DNA of 64,000 bases from an uncultured delta proteobacterium (GCA_963745835.1 CAVUZH010000003.1:416001-480000), one strand, 5' to 3'; positions 20,897 through 31,457 are shown, counted from the stretch's first letter. Notes: a model not told the origin generated them from the letters alone. Program-made: numbers and translations.

Positions 20897-20912
20897 AGCA
20901 ATTTTTACGCCC
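20897..20912 (-). promoter_or_regulatory. Putative sigma-54 (-24/-12) promoter for the REC gene at 20870
   Basis: Minus strand GGGCGTA-AAAA-TTGCT with exact GG-N10-GC spacing, just upstream of the RBS. Confidence 0.5.
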
Positions 20913-21281
20913 TCTAGGCTCGCGCCTAATTGTTTAGGTTTTCCGGCTTTCGTAGCAAAAGGGGAGTTGCCCGTAGGCGCTTGACGTAGCAGAGCTGAAA
21001 CTGACCCAATATACCTTAGTTTCAGCCGCGGTACAGTTGTTGGCCGTTCACAACCTGACGCGATGTGCGGGAGAGCTGGTTGAGCGCATTAGTGACAACC
21101 AACCAGCCTTAGGCGCAAGCCGGTGCGGTATTTTGCGTCGATCTAGCTCGTCTTAACGTGAACGCGCAACAGCCTCTTACGGCTTCATGAATAGCAGCAT
21201 TTTAGGTGCGGTATTCACTTGTAGGCGACAAATTTGACGTCCTTTCATTCATCATTTCGTTGTATTTCCTAGAACATTACC

Positions 21282-21297
21282 CGGCCCGTTTGTTGCT
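21282..21297 (+). promoter_or_regulatory. Putative sigma-54 (-24/-12) promoter
   Basis: CGGCCCG-TTTG-TTGCT matches TGGCACG-N4-TTGCW spacing; followed by a GAGGAGG RBS-like sequence. Confidence 0.5.
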
Positions 21298-21399
21298 CGC
21301 TCCTGTACCTTCTCAGAGGAGGACACCCCGTGTGGACGTTTACTGATGAGATTGGGCGTTAGAGAGCTTTCCGACGTATATCAAAGATATTAAGGCCGT

Positions 21400-21669
21400 A
21401 TGGTAGTTGTGATTGGACTTGCGCGCGCTGACTACGAGCAATTGCTGGAGAACGTTCCCGCGGAGGCTCCGGCTTTTGCCGTTCTCCGTCGCTGCCCGGA
21501 GCTCTCCCGATGGGGACGTGAAGAACCGCTCTTTAAATGTGTGATCGTCGAGTGCAATCCAGAAGAGGCATTAGTGCTCTTAGAAGCCGCCGAGCAGCAT
21601 TGTAGTAGAGCGGTAGCGGATATTGAGTATGGACTCAAGTTGTCCCGCGCCTTCCATTTGCTCAGTTGA
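21400..21669 (+). CDS. Hypothetical protein
   Basis: 89 aa ORF with protein-like composition (IVECNPEEALVLLEAAEQHC); converges on a REC gene. Confidence 0.55.
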   Translation: MVVVIGLARADYEQLLENVPAEAPAFAVLRRCPELSRWGREEPLFKCVIVECNPEEALVLLEAAEQHCSRAVADIEYGLKLSRAFHLLS

Positions 21670-22048
21670 GTCGCAGTTGTTCAGAACTCGGTTCCAACAT
21701 CTCTCCAATTTTGGTCTGGAGATCGACACAGCTAAACGGTTTGACGATGTAGTCGTTACAGCCCGCTTCCAAGCAGGTTTTTAATTCATGAGGACGAAAC
21801 AGCGCAGTTGTTGCCAAGATCGGAATATTCTTCGTGTCAGGGTGAGTCCGCAGGGCTCTCGCCGCTTCCCAGCCGTCCATTACCGGCATCCTCATGTCCA
21901 TCAGGATCAATTGCGGCTTCTCTGCGATAGCTCTTTCCAGCCCTTCTTTGCCGTGGCGCGCGAGAACCGGGAGATAGAAGAGCCGCTCCACTATAAGACA
22001 CACTAGGTCGCGCATATCCGAATTATCTTCGACGATCAAAATCTTCAT
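21662..22048 (-). CDS. Single-domain response regulator (DivK/CheY-like)
   Basis: MKILIVEDN, LILMDMRMPVMDG, IPILATTA, GCNDYIVKP. Confidence 0.9.
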   Translation of the reverse strand: MKILIVEDNSDMRDLVCLIVERLFYLPVLARHGKEGLERAIAEKPQLILMDMRMPVMDGWEAARALRTHPDTKNIPILATTALFRPHELKTCLEAGCNDYIVKPFSCVDLQTKIGEMLEPSSEQLRLN

Positions 22049-22339
22049 TTTCTCACCGTTCGCTAGATTGTGATTGGCGTTATCTTCAACACGCCGAAAT
22101 TGCGGCGGCTTAGATATCACAAATAATTTTTATTTCAAGGGAAGCTAAGAGCCACCGTGAAGACGTCTTCTAAGAAGCAAATTCTCGCGATGCAGCGCGA
22201 AGCCGTTGCAGATTGCCGTCCATCGTGACGGGTGAGCTCTAGAATCCGTCCGACCGGCGCGCCACTTACACCGGCAGCGGCCATGCCAATTACAACCGTA
22301 AGAGTTTATCAGCCAAGAGACACTACGGTTATGCAGATA

Positions 22340-23731
22340 CTACATTAGGCAACTGCCTGGCAGTGAGCAGTTCATAATTTGATGCAGGTGGCGCTGAGGC
22401 ACGGTTCTGTGGGAAAAATAAAATAGGCGGATTTGGTGAAGAAAGATCAGGATAAGCGCGACAGGAGTTACGAAGCGGATCAAGAATGACCAGACGGCCA
22501 GGCGGACTGCGGTAACGTCGCTGGCGCTGAACTCGTCTTTGCGCTCATTGTGGGTCAGCGCCCAGCCGGTGAAAACCGCTATCAGCAGGGCGCCGATGGG
22601 CAAGAGATAATTTGTTGACAGCGCATCCATGACAGCCAGGAACTGTTCGCCAATGGCCGAAGGAATTCCCAGCAAGAAGATCGCGGTCCCCAAGGTCCAA
22701 CCGGCTGTGCTTCGGGACCAACCGTGTTCGTCGATGAAATAAGCTGAAGCGACCTCTAAGAGCGAAATCGATGAGGTGATGGCGGCGAAGCTGAGAAGAA
22801 TGAAAAACCCCAGAGCAACCCAATAACCTCCCGGCAGTTGAGCAAAGGCGATGGGCAGGGTGCGAAAGATCAACCCTGGGCCGGCGCCGGGCTCAAGACC
22901 GAAGCTAAACGCCAGCGGAAAAACGACGAAGCCGGCAAGGACTGCGACGAGCGTGTCGCCGGCCGCGATGAAAAACGTCGAGCTAACCAGATTGCTTCGC
23001 CGGGAAAGATAACTCCCATAAGTAATCATCGTCCCCATTCCTAGACTCAAAGAGAAAAGCGCCTGCCCGAGCGCTTCCAGCACGGCGGTGGGACCGATTT
23101 TTTGCCACTGGGGGCGCAGCAGGAACTCAAGTCCCGAGGCCGCGCCGCTGGTTTGCAGCGCATAGATCGACAAAACTATCAGCAATGCAAAGAGGAGCGG
23201 CATCATGATCTTATTGCCCGCTTCGAGGCCGCTCGATACTCCTTTGGTTACGATGACAATTGTGACGAGCATAAAAATCGCGAGCCAGAAGATTTGCAGG
23301 TCCGGATTGACGTTCATGCTGACGAAAATATCCGTGACCTGCTCGGTAGATTTGCCCGCAAACGAGTTGCTCAGCGAAAGATAGACATAGTGCAAGACCC
23401 AGCCGCCGACTACAGCATAATAGGAGAGGATCGTAAAAGCGCTAACGATGCCCAACCAGCCGGTGAGCACCCAGGGCGATCCGGGCCGGAGCTTTCTAAA
23501 CGCACCTACAGGATTGAGTTGAGTTTTTCTGCCGATGAGGAATTCGGCGATCATCAACGGGACGGCCACGGCAAGGACGCAACCGATATAAAGAAGAATA
23601 AACGCGGCGCCGCCATACTGCCCCGTGATATAGGGATAGCGCAATACGTTGCCCAGACCCACGGCGGATCCCATAGATGCCAGAACGAAGCCTGCGGCGC
23701 TCGACCAATTTCCCCGCGATGAAGTTTGCAC
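22340..23731 (-). CDS. Sodium-dependent transporter, NSS/SNF family
   Basis: GSAVGLGNVLRYPY, GGAAF, QALFSLSLG, ITYGSY, GPGLIF, TSSISLLE. Confidence 0.95.
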   Translation of the reverse strand: MQTSSRGNWSSAAGFVLASMGSAVGLGNVLRYPYITGQYGGAAFILLYIGCVLAVAVPLMIAEFLIGRKTQLNPVGAFRKLRPGSPWVLTGWLGIVSAFTILSYYAVVGGWVLHYVYLSLSNSFAGKSTEQVTDIFVSMNVNPDLQIFWLAIFMLVTIVIVTKGVSSGLEAGNKIMMPLLFALLIVLSIYALQTSGAASGLEFLLRPQWQKIGPTAVLEALGQALFSLSLGMGTMITYGSYLSRRSNLVSSTFFIAAGDTLVAVLAGFVVFPLAFSFGLEPGAGPGLIFRTLPIAFAQLPGGYWVALGFFILLSFAAITSSISLLEVASAYFIDEHGWSRSTAGWTLGTAIFLLGIPSAIGEQFLAVMDALSTNYLLPIGALLIAVFTGWALTHNERKDEFSASDVTAVRLAVWSFLIRFVTPVALILIFLHQIRLFYFSHRTVPQRHLHQIMNCSLPGSCLM

Positions 23732-23930
23732 CAGAGTCTCCTTGGGATGACGTTTGAAAAACTAAAAGAACTAACTTGATATGACAATTCCGATTTCGGC
23801 GGAATTTATAGCGGGCCCCATGAATCGACACATTAAGTCGTTGACCTTGAGACAAGGGTGGCAGGCGCCGCTTAAGTTCGTTCTCTTGTTGGCTGGTTTC
23901 TTGAGCTTGGAATTTCGGCGGTGCGATTCT

Positions 23931-24959
23931 TTATTTGAGAACTTCAGACATTCTCGCCACGGTGGCGGAATCGAGTTTGAAAAGGCCGGAAACTATTTTC
24001 TCGACCTCTTCTCCGCTCACCGGATCAACATCCAATTTAGACTTGACTGCTTCGGCTAAGAAATCTTTGTCCTTCATGGTCTGTGCAAAGGCCCGGCGCA
24101 GTATCTGAACACGATCCTTGGGGGTGCCCGGCGGCAAAGCATAGGGACGCGTAATCGCTGCCGTGTCATGGATGCCCGCCTGAATCAACTTTCGCGCCTC
24201 TTCTGTTTTTGCGAGCTCGATGGCCACAGGAACCTTTGGCAAATCAGGGACTGCTTTGGGCACCGCCTGCAGTACGATGTTGACATCGCCAGCATCGAGG
24301 CCCTGGCGCCACATTACTTTGATTGACTCCCAGGCCCAGCAACCGCCGTCAATTTCACCGCTCTCGGCGGCCAATTTAATCGGCGCCGTGCCTTTGTAAC
24401 CGGTCACCAGCTGGATCGGAAGTCCGAGAGTTGCCCTGATCAATTTAGCGCTATCGTCGTTGGTGGTGCCGGGAGCGCTGCCGCCCAATTTGACCGGAGT
24501 CTTCGACGACATCCACGCATCGACGCTGGTGATACCACTTGCCTTTGTCAGCGCGCAGACTACGTTGTCTTTTACCGGCACACCGATCCATTCAAATTTT
24601 CTCGCATCGAATTCGATTCCTTGGCCGCCGAAAAGTTGCTGCGAAATGAGGTTGCCGATAAAATTCCCGATCGTCAGTCCATCCGGCTTGGCGGCCTTGT
24701 AGACCGAGTTGGCGGCAACCAGACTGCCGGCTCCGGTCACGTTATCCACTACGACCGTCGGATTGCCGGGGATATATTTACTGATATGGCGGGCGATCGT
24801 ACGGGAATAGGTGTCGAAACCGCCGCCGGCCGGAAAGCCGACGAGGATGCGGATGGTCTTGCCTGTGTAGAAATCCTGCGCATAAGAACAATGCTCGAAA
24901 CTGAAAAACGAGGCAAGAAGAACTCCGATAAGGCTTAAGTAAAAAGTTACGGTCCTCAT
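23931..24959 (-). CDS. Bug/TctC-family periplasmic binding protein (orphan)
   Basis: FYTGKTIRILVGFPAGGGFD, PGNPTVVVDNVTGAGS, PDGLT, GYKG. A TTGACA -35 lies at ~25069-25074 (-). Confidence 0.85.
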   Translation of the reverse strand: MRTVTFYLSLIGVLLASFFSFEHCSYAQDFYTGKTIRILVGFPAGGGFDTYSRTIARHISKYIPGNPTVVVDNVTGAGSLVAANSVYKAAKPDGLTIGNFIGNLISQQLFGGQGIEFDARKFEWIGVPVKDNVVCALTKASGITSVDAWMSSKTPVKLGGSAPGTTNDDSAKLIRATLGLPIQLVTGYKGTAPIKLAAESGEIDGGCWAWESIKVMWRQGLDAGDVNIVLQAVPKAVPDLPKVPVAIELAKTEEARKLIQAGIHDTAAITRPYALPPGTPKDRVQILRRAFAQTMKDKDFLAEAVKSKLDVDPVSGEEVEKIVSGLFKLDSATVARMSEVLK

Positions 24960-25212
24960 GCGCGGTCTCCAATAGGTTAGACACCCTGCCGCGCTAACAG
25001 CAGCGCAGGTGATCGTTTCAGTTATTGGAAAGCGAACTGCGCGAAATATCACCCAGCCTCATGGAAGCTGTCAAGCGTAATCCGCCTGATGCGAGATCTC
25101 CCTTGATTATGAAAAGAAGTAACTGTCTGTGACGCGTGTCGGCGTCGTTGAATGTAGGATGTGAGGCTTGAAGGTTAATCGTTGGTACAGCGAAAACTCG
25201 ATCAGTCTCTCC

Positions 25213-25644
25213 TCATTCTCCGACTGAAAGGCGCCAGCAGCGGCGGCATTGGCGCGCGCCGAAAGCTTTACGCCCGCCGCACGACGGGCAACGGTACGAG
25301 CGGGGATCTTTCCTGGTCTTCTCCACCAACTTAAGCGGGCTCAGAGCCAAGCGCAATTCACGCACTTCTTTTTCATCCGCGCGTTCCGGGCACTCCCGAC
25401 CTCGCCGCAGCCAGGGCCAGTAAAGCAAAACGGCGCCGGGTTTAGTGAGGGTTACGACTTTGAATTGCTTGATGCTGCCGCAGCCGAATTGCTTTTGCAT
25501 TTCGGCGCACTTCATCAGCGCCATGCCGCTCATCTTCATAGGGCACCAGACCATTCCGGTCGGGTAACTCCACTCCTTCGCAACAATTCGCTCGACCGAG
25601 CGGCGCCTTTTAAACAGTTGCGCTTTTTTTATCATGCCGGACAT
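25213..25644 (-). CDS. Hypothetical Cys-rich, basic protein with C-terminal zinc-ribbon-like motif
   Basis: CPSC-x10-CRRC at the C-terminus plus four further Cys; GGAG upstream. Confidence 0.6.
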   Translation of the reverse strand: MSGMIKKAQLFKRRRSVERIVAKEWSYPTGMVWCPMKMSGMALMKCAEMQKQFGCGSIKQFKVVTLTKPGAVLLYWPWLRRGRECPERADEKEVRELRLALSPLKLVEKTRKDPRSYRCPSCGGRKAFGARQCRRCWRLSVGE

Positions 25645-25756
25645 TTTGAAACTTTCTCCGTCTCAGTATGCGTAAAATCGTCGAGATCGCAAGCGCGAAG
25701 CAGGGCGGAAAGCAATACCAGCATGACCCTTTTTCGCCGCGCTCCACTGCTAGCCG

Positions 25757-27025
25757 CTAAATGCTGTTCAGCGAAGCATAAGACGGCTCGCGAGCCACGC
25801 ATGTTAGGGTGGCGGCGATCAGATAATTTGCGATGAACAATAGAAAAACAATTTGATAGCTACCGCTCATATCGAAAGCCAATCCTGCCATCAAAGCTCC
25901 GACGCCCAGCCCGCCCTTATGAAAAGGCTCAAGGACGCTGGTGATGGCGCCGAACGAGCGCCGTCCGAAATAACGGGCAAGTAGAACATGCATCAGAACA
26001 AAACCGCCACGCGCGCTCAATCCGAAGATGATTGAGAAAAAAAACGCCGCCGGCGCGCCGCGCACTTGCGTCAGCAACACCACGGCGGCAGCCGCAAGCA
26101 GCATAGTCGCTACGCCTAGAGTGCGGGGATGGAATTTTTCTGCCAGGGCTCCCCACAGGCCGCTACCGAATGCTCCTGTTAAGGCCATGACGCTCAGCGC
26201 CCCGGCGGCTAGCGCGGGCTGAATAGTCATGTCCGTAAAATAGGCCACCATGTGAAAAGCGATGCCGCCGGTGGAAAGCGAATAGAAGCTGGCAGCCGCG
26301 ACCAGGAGCCAGAGCGTTCGGGTGCGCATGGCATCTTTCAACGTCCAGCTCTGCTCGGTGGCCGCAGTGGGAGGCTCAGATTGCGGGTCGGCTTGCGGGG
26401 ATTTTACAGCCACCGGCAACGCTCCGTCGGGCAGCACTCCCATATCTTCTGGCTGGCGGCGTAAAAAAAACAGGCCTGGTAAAACCACAAACAGCCAGAG
26501 AGCAACGCCAAGCATCATAAATGCGCTACGCCAACCATAGGTTGCTATCATAAACTGGTAGAGCAGAGACAACACAAAAGATCCCAGCGGCACGGAGAGC
26601 GCGACCAAGCCGATAGCGCGGGGCCGCTTTGAGTAAAACCAATTGGTCACCGCAGTCATCGGCACGACACCTGTGAGCAACGTTTCAGCCAGCCCTCGCG
26701 CAGGGACAAAGGTCGCATAAAACTGCCAGGGCTCGTAGGTCAGGCTAAGGCACATGACGAATGTGCCGACTAAGGCGGCGCCGACGGGAAGGAGGATGCG
26801 CGGTCCTAGTCGATCCGCGAGGGGACCAATCAAAGGCGCCAAAAGGCCGCCCGCTACCGATCCGATGGTGATCGCCGAGGAAGTCAGAGTGCGACTCCAG
26901 CCAAGATCCTCAGTGATGGGCTTGAGAGCCACAGCCATGGTGACATTACTCACTCCCGAGCCTAAAAAGCCGGCGAGCATGGCGATGCCGACAATGATCC
27001 AGCCGTAAAAGAAAGGTAGTGTCAC
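25757..27025 (-). CDS. MFS transporter (OFA/MCT-like)
   Basis: FFYGWIIV start, GPLADRLGPR motif A, WFYSKRPRA, YFGRRSFG. Confidence 0.9.
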   Translation of the reverse strand: MTLPFFYGWIIVGIAMLAGFLGSGVSNVTMAVALKPITEDLGWSRTLTSSAITIGSVAGGLLAPLIGPLADRLGPRILLPVGAALVGTFVMCLSLTYEPWQFYATFVPARGLAETLLTGVVPMTAVTNWFYSKRPRAIGLVALSVPLGSFVLSLLYQFMIATYGWRSAFMMLGVALWLFVVLPGLFFLRRQPEDMGVLPDGALPVAVKSPQADPQSEPPTAATEQSWTLKDAMRTRTLWLLVAAASFYSLSTGGIAFHMVAYFTDMTIQPALAAGALSVMALTGAFGSGLWGALAEKFHPRTLGVATMLLAAAAVVLLTQVRGAPAAFFFSIIFGLSARGGFVLMHVLLARYFGRRSFGAITSVLEPFHKGGLGVGALMAGLAFDMSGSYQIVFLLFIANYLIAATLTCVAREPSYASLNSI

Positions 27026-27426
27026 GGTTCGGCTTTAGCGATTGCGAGCGGCGGGTTTACCAACGCGATGGGAGCATATCGATGGCGCATCGAGCATTCT
27101 CCCCGGGTACACGTAAGTGAGGCCAAGTAAATCGCGGTATCAACAGCACTATGGCTCCATTGCGAGCAATGTTTGTGAGTGAATCTTCCGGCTCTATAAT
27201 CAGACGGAATTCCCAACCAAACCGCTTGCGGGGTTGGGGCAGATCGGGCGCGCGAACAGGTTGGTTCTCTTATTTCATCTTTCGGCAAAGAAAAAAAGAC
27301 ATGATCAACTTGACGTTATATCGATGAGAAGTCTTAGAAGCCGCCTTACATCAAGCACAGCCTTTTGTTAGTTTGGATGAAAGCACGCTACAAAATTCGC
27401 AGTCGAAATAGCTAAGGAGACTTCGT

Positions 27427-28326
27427 TTGATCCGTATCGGTTACGCTTGCATCAACACTAAGCTGGACCCGCCTAATCGCACCTGCCGGCTAAAGAACGC
27501 AACCCCGGAAAAAATTCTTGAGCTGGCGGCGGTCAACGTTGAAGCGCTCCAGCCCATTTTGGATTGGAATGCGGCACACGGCATCGAGCTGTTTCGTATC
27601 ACGTCGGACCTGATCCCATTTGGCTCGCATCCGATCAATACGGTCCCCTGGTGGCGCATCCTCAAGTCACAGTTCGCGCGGCTCGGTGATTTTATCGCAA
27701 GCAAGGGTTTGCGCGTCTCGATGCACCCCGGACAATTTACCATTCTCAACTCACCCCGTCGTGAAGTGGTTGCCAACAGCGTCAAAGAACTCGAGTACCA
27801 TACTGCGGTACTCGACGCGCTTGGAGTCGATAACAGCCATAAAATCGTCATTCACCTAGGCGGCGTGTACGGGGACAAAACGGAAAGTCTCAGTCGCTTC
27901 GTCGAGAATTGCAAAAGGCTTAATTCCCGGATCAGGGCTCGGCTCGTAATCGAGAACGACGAGCGCTGCTACACAGTCGACGACGTGCTCGGCGCCTCGA
28001 GAGCGATCGGCGTGCCGGTAGTATTCGACGTGTTTCATCATATTTGGAACCCGGCGCTCGAAGCGCTGCCGGTGAGATTAATCATCGGGCTTGCCGCCAA
28101 GACCTGGCGCAAGCGCGATGGACGGGTCAAGATCCATTACTCGAACCAGTGGCCCGGAGGACCCGCGGGCGCTCACTCGAAGTCAATCAATGTCGGGAAG
28201 TTTTTGCGGTTTTATGAGACGATCCACGATCTCGATCTGGACATCATGCTCGAGGTCAAAGACAAAGAGCAGTCGGTTTTGAAACTCTTCCGGGCACTGA
28301 GCGCGCGCCAACTTCGTGCCGCTTGA
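27427..28326 (+). CDS. uvsE: UV DNA damage repair endonuclease UvsE
   Basis: RIGYAC, FRITSDLIP, SMHPGQF, HLGG, IENDE, FDVFHH, HYS, MLEVKDKE; TAAGGAG RBS with TTG start. Confidence 0.95.
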   Translation: MIRIGYACINTKLDPPNRTCRLKNATPEKILELAAVNVEALQPILDWNAAHGIELFRITSDLIPFGSHPINTVPWWRILKSQFARLGDFIASKGLRVSMHPGQFTILNSPRREVVANSVKELEYHTAVLDALGVDNSHKIVIHLGGVYGDKTESLSRFVENCKRLNSRIRARLVIENDERCYTVDDVLGASRAIGVPVVFDVFHHIWNPALEALPVRLIIGLAAKTWRKRDGRVKIHYSNQWPGGPAGAHSKSINVGKFLRFYETIHDLDLDIMLEVKDKEQSVLKLFRALSARQLRAA

Positions 28327-28438
28327 CCGTTTTGAGCCGAGTCAGTCGCTTCAACCCGGAGCGGTAAGCGGATAACCGAAGGCAAACCGTGCACCATAAA
28401 GTTGGCTGGCGGAACTCGACCATCTAATCAACTTCTCC

Positions 28439-28487
28439 GAACGATTGGAACGGAGCGAAGCGATTAAACGTCTGGAACGATTGAAAC
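28439..28487. repeat. GAAC-core degenerate tandem repeat at gene 3' end
   Basis: GAACGATTG-GAACGGAGCGAAGCGATT-AAACGTCTG-GAACGATTG-AAAC, just past the stop at 28495. Confidence 0.5.
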
Positions 28488-28494
28488 AATCGCT

Positions 28495-29226
28495 TCAGCG
28501 ATTTTCGATTGGCTCCAACCCGCTCTTGGTGATCGCGCCGGCCGCCTCAGGTGACGCGAGGAACTTGATCAGCGCGTGAGCCGCGTCCGAATCTCCGGTA
28601 CTCCGGGCGACGCCGGCCGAGAAGACAGAAACTTTCTGCACCTCGGGAGGCAACGGTGTGACATGATCGATCCCGGGTATGGGAAGCAGTTCGCTGATCT
28701 GCTGAAAGCCGATTTCCGCCTCTCCTCGCGCGACCACAGCGCCGACTCGCTCACCGCCTTCAATGCGCCGGCACTTGCTCAACACCTGATCGGCTATTCC
28801 CAAGCGTTGAAGCAGCTCGTTGGCCAAGTATTCCCCGCTTACGCTGGCCGAGTAGGCGATCGAGTTCGCTTGCAATAGAGTGCGCGTCAGGGCGTCCACG
28901 GTGCTGATGTCCGGCTTACGAGCTCCGGCGCGCACCGCCATGCCGATGGCTGAGCGTGCAACGGGAGTATAGCTTTCGGCAATTATCAGCCCTTCCTTGA
29001 TGAATCCAAGTAGTACCGCATCCGCCACAATGACAATGTCTACGGGTTCACCACGTCGTAGCCGATTCGGAATTGAGGTCTCTCCCGTTCCTATTGAGGT
29101 TGCGGCGGTCACGAGCTTCTTTTTCGTGACGAGTTCGAGTCGAGGAACGAGCTCAAGATAGGCCGCGGTAAAAGCGCCTGAGGTCATGACCCGTATTTCA
29201 TCTGTCATGCTATTCGTTGTATTCAT
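28495..29226 (-). CDS. ModA-like substrate-binding protein (SBP_bac_11 type)
   Basis: IRVMTSGAF, KPDIST, IAYSASVSG, GEAEIGFQQISEL, LPPEVQ. Confidence 0.85.
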   Translation of the reverse strand: MNTTNSMTDEIRVMTSGAFTAAYLELVPRLELVTKKKLVTAATSIGTGETSIPNRLRRGEPVDIVIVADAVLLGFIKEGLIIAESYTPVARSAIGMAVRAGARKPDISTVDALTRTLLQANSIAYSASVSGEYLANELLQRLGIADQVLSKCRRIEGGERVGAVVARGEAEIGFQQISELLPIPGIDHVTPLPPEVQKVSVFSAGVARSTGDSDAAHALIKFLASPEAAGAITKSGLEPIENR

Positions 29227-29450
29227 GGTAGTCTCAACTTTCGCCATTGGTGTATTCGTCTTGCGTACTACCACCAGTATCCCCAAGCCTACGAGCGATC
29301 AAGCTATTTGGGAGTGATTCAAACTGACGTTAACTGTGTTGTTTGAAATGACAGGCTATCCATTTATATTAGACCTCTAAACCGGAATTAGACTTGTTCG
29401 GTACGCGAAAAGAAGAAATCTACTGAGCACGAAGAATAGGAGCTAAACCG

Positions 29451-30515
29451 ATGCCAATGATTGATGCCGATACCCATGTCGACGAATCCGAAGACACCTG
29501 GAAGAAGTTGGAGGGTACAACCTACGCGAAGTACATTCCGGTGACGATTTCGATGCCGCCGGATGAAGCCAAACGCGCCGGCTATAACCCGACCAATAGC
29601 CGCTGCTGGGTGGTGGAAGGCAGGCTGCAGAACCGTGCGATCCGTGATGAAGTCAATCATCCGCCACGTGTCCTGCGAGAGCTCCAGGATGTCCCCGGCC
29701 GGCTCGCGCACATGGATAAGATGGGCGTCGACGTGCAAGTTATCTTTCCGACGTTCTTCATCCGCTACAATACTATCAATGCCGAGGCCGAATGGGCGCT
29801 GACCACGACCTACAATCGATGGCTCGCCGATAAATGCGCGCAAACCAAGGGGCGGCTACGATGGGCGGCTGTGCTACCGCTGCTTCAGCCGGACAAGGCT
29901 GTCGAGGAGCTGCGTTGGGCCAAAGCGAACGGCGCCTGCGGCATCTTCAAGCGCGGCTTCGATCTCGACAGGAATGTCACCGACCCACATTTTTTTTCCG
30001 TTTACGAAGAAGCGAGCGCGCTCGACCTGCCTCTGTGCATCCACACCGGCCATCCGCTTCCGGCGAGCGAGTGGGACAGGGGGTTTCCGATCATGTATTC
30101 CTTTACGCAACTGGTGAGCTCGGGTCTTGCGCAGAAGTTCCCGAAACTTCGGTTTGGCTTGATTGAGTCGGGCGCTTCGTGGATTCCCTATGCCATCTCG
30201 CAGTTGGGAGCGGTAAAACGGCAAGCGCTGCGCGGCCAACAGACTCGATTGCCGCGCCTGTTTGAACTGGAACCGGAACTGTTCCGCGCCAACCGGCTGT
30301 TCGTCACCATCGACCCGATTGACGATATCGAGTCTTTACTAAAATTTGGCACTGAAGATAATCTGATGATCGGCACCGACTACAGCCACACTGATATCTC
30401 CGCCAACCTGAGCGCGTTGGATGAAGTCCGCAGCTGGGCTGAAGAGGGCAGGATCAGCAACGCCCAGGCAAGCAAGATTCTGGAGAGCAACTCGAAGGTG
30501 TTCTACGGACTCTAG
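29451..30515 (+). CDS. Amidohydrolase_2 family protein (decarboxylase/hydratase-like)
   Basis: IDADTH, MDKMGVDVQVIFPT, YNRWLAD, CIHTG, ESGASW, GTDYSH. Confidence 0.9.
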   Translation: MPMIDADTHVDESEDTWKKLEGTTYAKYIPVTISMPPDEAKRAGYNPTNSRCWVVEGRLQNRAIRDEVNHPPRVLRELQDVPGRLAHMDKMGVDVQVIFPTFFIRYNTINAEAEWALTTTYNRWLADKCAQTKGRLRWAAVLPLLQPDKAVEELRWAKANGACGIFKRGFDLDRNVTDPHFFSVYEEASALDLPLCIHTGHPLPASEWDRGFPIMYSFTQLVSSGLAQKFPKLRFGLIESGASWIPYAISQLGAVKRQALRGQQTRLPRLFELEPELFRANRLFVTIDPIDDIESLLKFGTEDNLMIGTDYSHTDISANLSALDEVRSWAEEGRISNAQASKILESNSKVFYGL

Positions 30516-31058
30516 AATCAAGATGCCCTGCGCTTTAGGTTCTCCTGGCGATTTGTTTTACATCGCGGGTCATTTCCCGCATAGGATCAGCAGACGTTGA
30601 ACGGCTGACCGGATAAGCTGCCGAACCCCGCTTGTCGGTTGATACGGTTCAGCTTCGGCTCAAATCGCTTTCCGGTTTTTAAACCGTTCCTGTCGGTGTT
30701 GCTAAAACGTCGATTATTTATTGCAGTTCGGAACAGACGTAATCAGAGATTGACGCCGGCTACGGTCATCCGATATGTCTCTAAACCTGAGCCGGCTGTA
30801 GAAGTCCGCAACCGGGGCAAGTGAGATAGAAGCGCTGAAAGCTTCTCGACATTAACTTCCAGGCGTTCTATGGCCTATGAAGAAATCTTCACTGCACCCT
30901 GCCTCAACGAGCTATCGCAGGTGCAACGCCTGGAGCCAAGCCTATTTGCAAACGGCCCCCATAGCGCGAGGCCCGAAAAATTCGACATCCAGCAAAGGAA
31001 TTGAGGCGAGAGGGGGAAGGAAGCACGGTGTATAGAAATCAGGAGAGGAGCCTAAACG

Positions 31059-31457
31059 ATGAGAGTTAGAGCCATTGCCATATCCTTTCTCTTCTTTGCC
31101 GTTATTTTTGCCTCGGGCTACGTGCTGCTGATTCATGGCGCTGCGGCGACGACCAATCCTGATCTCTTCGTTTTCCCCAAGTATCAGTATGGGGCCGCGG
31201 ACAAAGTTTGGGACGAGATTATGGTCGGGATCGCTAAGGCAGAGGCTGACTACGTGCGCGCCGTTCTGCGTCGTGGCGGCGTTGCTCCGGGATACAAGGA
31301 GCAGATAATTGCGTTTCGCGATGAGGCAATTTACTGGGATTCTGTCGCCAAGGTCATGGTCTACCATTCCGATTTCGAAGCTGCCCGTCAGGCCGGGAAG
31401 AAAGCTGAAATGCTGCTCAGGCAAATGGCCGGCATCATAGCCGGAGAGAAGACCTAG
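31059..31457 (+). CDS. Hypothetical exported protein
   Basis: GAGGAG RBS, N-terminal hydrophobic signal/anchor, helical body; 132 aa. Confidence 0.55.
   Translation: MRVRAIAISFLFFAVIFASGYVLLIHGAAATTNPDLFVFPKYQYGAADKVWDEIMVGIAKAEADYVRAVLRRGGVAPGYKEQIIAFRDEAIYWDSVAKVMVYHSDFEAARQAGKKAEMLLRQMAGIIAGEKT

Noticed and set aside
21066-21122. Glycine-riboswitch-like GGGAGAG-stem-GCCTTAGGCGCAA
   Set aside because: The conserved CCGAAG is altered, no closing CTCTCAGG follows at the right distance, and there is no glycine-related gene downstream.
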